A model generated the notes under the pieces. It had not been told where the DNA came from and ran no database searches. It saw only the letters and a list, made by a program, of their open reading frames with translations. Both the position numbers and the translations under genes were made by a program. From NCBI GenBank assembly GCA_050012475.1, contig JBEKHC010000017.1:1-61879 (forward strand): a DNA stretch of 61,879 nucleotides, read 5' to 3'. The DNA is from Candidatus Velthaea sp. Lineage in GTDB: Bacteria; Vulcanimicrobiota; Vulcanimicrobiia; Vulcanimicrobiales; Vulcanimicrobiaceae. Below are positions 59,759-61,879 of this stretch, in pieces. Numbering within the stretch: position 1 is the first letter of the stretch; every line of letters begins with the position of its first letter.

Positions 59759-60751
59759 TCAGTGCGTCAGGTCGGCGGCGAGAACGAAGGTAATGCCGTC
59801 GGCCTGCAGTTCGGGGAGCATCGCTCGGACCGCGCGCAGGGTCGTCGGCCGGGGATGACCGATCGCGATCGCGCTGCCGTCGCGCAGCGCGATTTGGGCC
59901 GCCAGCCGCAGTTGGCCCTCCGTGTACGCGACGTCGGCGCGGTTGTCGAGGAAGACGTCGCGGCCGGCCGTCGCGACGCCGCGTTGCGACGCGATCGCTT
60001 CGGCGACGCTTGCACCGTTCGTCTTCGAGTCGATGAAGAAGCGGTCGTGGCGGGCCAAAACGGTCATCAGATCGTTCATCACGCGCCGATCCGCGGTCGC
60101 GCGGCTGCCCTCGTGGTTGTTGACGCCGCGCGCGAGATCGACGTCATCGAGGTCGTGCTCGACCTGCGCGGCGATGGCACGATCGTCCATCTCGGTCGTG
60201 ATCTTCCCGGGCCCGGGATTGAGACCCGAAAGCGTTTCCATCGGAAGATGCAGCATCACACCCTTGTTGCCGTCGACGGCCTCGCGCTCGATCGTATGAT
60301 TGAAGCGCACGTCCGGCAGAACGGACAACGTGAGGGTGACCGGCAGCGCGATGAACCCGCGCTCGGTATCGGGCCACTGCCCGCAGTCATCGATGATGAG
60401 CGCCAGCTTCGCGCGCGCGCCGGAGTACGCGGGATGCGTGGTCGCTTGCGGCGCCGGCGTCGCTCTGGGCGCGAGCGTCGCTACTGCGGTCGGCGGCGCA
60501 TGCGGCGTGACCGCCGGACTTGGCGGCCCCGTCGGCGGCCCGGCGGTGGGTGTCGCCGGGACGACGGTCGGCGCCGGCGTTGCCGGCGCCGGGGTCGCCG
60601 CTTTGGGCGGCACGGGAGCCGGCGTCGTGTGGGTCGACTGCACCGTACGTGTGCAAGCGAATCCGATGAGGGCGAGCGAAACGGTCAGAATGAGCCACGG
60701 CGCGATGGCCGAACGCGGGCTTCGACGGCGCGGCTTTTTTTTGCGGGACAC
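59759..60751 (-). CDS. Divergent polysaccharide deacetylase (YibQ-like) with Pro/Thr linker
   Basis: LIIDDCG, LHLPME, NNHEGS, FIDSKT, RDVFLDN, AIAIGHP; N-terminal TM. Confidence 0.88.
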   Translation of the reverse strand: MSRKKKPRRRSPRSAIAPWLILTVSLALIGFACTRTVQSTHTTPAPVPPKAATPAPATPAPTVVPATPTAGPPTGPPSPAVTPHAPPTAVATLAPRATPAPQATTHPAYSGARAKLALIIDDCGQWPDTERGFIALPVTLTLSVLPDVRFNHTIEREAVDGNKGVMLHLPMETLSGLNPGPGKITTEMDDRAIAAQVEHDLDDVDLARGVNNHEGSRATADRRVMNDLMTVLARHDRFFIDSKTNGASVAEAIASQRGVATAGRDVFLDNRADVAYTEGQLRLAAQIALRDGSAIAIGHPRPTTLRAVRAMLPELQADGITFVLAADLTH

Positions 60752-61023
60752 GAAGGTGGGGTTCGCGCCGTTGCAAGCGCATCATTGTTTTCGGGAGCAG
60801 CCGCCGGACGGCGGTCGCTCCACCGCGTTCGAAGCACGCAAAAGCCGCGCTTCTCGACACGCAGATCAACGTCCACGCGTTGCTCGCAGAAGTCGCCGGA
60901 ACGGATGCCACAGGCCCGCCCGCCGCAGCCTCGCCGGCGAACGGCGCGTCGGCGGGCGGCCGTTCACGTTACGCTTACGCGTAAGGCGAAAGCGAAACGT
61001 GCGGCGCAGCAGTCGAAGGCACA

Positions 61024-61323
61024 ATGTCGACGTCCTGTCTCGTCGACGTCATCACGTCGACGGGTGTGGAATGGTCGCCGGCAGCGCTCGCCCGCGAGGA
61101 CGCCGACCGCATCGCCCGGACGCAGCCGCGCGCCGGCTCGCATCCGACGATGGTTCGTCGACGATGGATGCTTGCGCTCGTCTCGCATGTCGCCAAAACC
61201 GCTGCCGCCAACGTCGTCGACACGAACTCCACGGTGCTGGCGAACGTTTTCGAATTGCGATCTGCGGCCGGAGCGTCCGGCGATGGGAGGCGTTCACGCA
61301 AAACTGCGGCGGATCGCCGCTAA
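61024..61323 (+). CDS. Possible hypothetical protein (99 aa)
   Basis: GAAGG before ATG, sits in otherwise unassigned sequence; no recognisable motif. Confidence 0.3.
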   Translation: MSTSCLVDVITSTGVEWSPAALAREDADRIARTQPRAGSHPTMVRRRWMLALVSHVAKTAAANVVDTNSTVLANVFELRSAAGASGDGRRSRKTAADRR

Positions 61324-61879
61324 CGCCGCGCGCGCGTTCGACTTCGGCGAGCGCTGATGGATCGAGAAGGCGCGGTGCGCATTCGACGTTGACTCGGGCG
61401 AAATTCGCACGCAGAGCAACGACGGAAGTACATCGCTGAGACACCGTCAGTGATCGATATTTGCGCGCACGGTCGAGAAAAAGCGACGGCTTGATTACCT
61501 ACAACCCGTCGAGCGAGGACCTTTTTCCTAGGGGGCACGTTTTCCGAGCGAAAGGTCTACCGAATCAGGTAGGTGATTTTCTGCCGACACTTGGATATCG
61601 TCTTTTCTGAGACACCCCTAACTTGCGTCGACCGAAGATACCGGCAATCGCTTCCCGTTTGGTCAGCGAATGTATTGTTCACTTTTTTCCCGGTGACCGA
61701 TTGTTCTTGCAACTCAGGAGATGCGCATTTCTTATGCCGAAATGACCCGACACGGAGCGGCGAATGCCTGCGATACAACGCATCCTCGCCTGCGCGGTTG
61801 GCGAAGATCGTGCTGATCAGTCGAACACAAGCGGTCATAGACGTCCAGTTTTTGTAGTTGGTTGTTGGTTAACCATTTC

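Noticed and set aside
58571..61357. 928-aa + strand ORF
   Set aside because: Antisense to the Gfo/Idh/MocA and deacetylase genes; no motifs

Overview
High-GC bacterial chromosomal window with about 60 genes. I saw no rRNA, tRNA, CRISPR array, transposase or phage genes. The gene mix (topA-trmFO-hslV-hslU; def-fmt-rsmB-fhaA-fhaB-PP2C-rodA; GerMN-amidase-murI) together with an outer-membrane cytochrome-porin suggests a diderm Terrabacteria lineage such as Eremiobacterota/Vulcanimicrobiota; this is inference and was not verified. Main points of interest: (1) a Cyc2-like monoheme cytochrome-porin fusion (55353-56570) and a separate periplasmic triheme cytochrome c (4378-5406), a candidate extracellular electron-uptake or Fe(II)-oxidation route; (2) an unusual polyol/sugar catabolic locus (about 5.5-19.8 kb) with an ADP-dependent kinase, an uncharacterised aldolase-like protein, a DthD/GolD-like SDR, an FGGY kinase, a G1PDH-like dehydrogenase, a HAD phosphatase, a SorC regulator and an ABC importer; (3) a TetR regulator carrying a transposase-N-terminus-like domain next to a doubly deleted aldehyde dehydrogenase pseudogene; (4) two signalling pseudo-enzymes (PP2C and GGDEF); (5) a structured MITE/REP-like repeat family with 3 near-full copies and 1 fragment; (6) a histone-H1-like RKKA-repeat protein; (7) probable non-canonical start codons in fmt, hslV and infA. 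All functional calls come from motif recognition by eye; no database searches were run.
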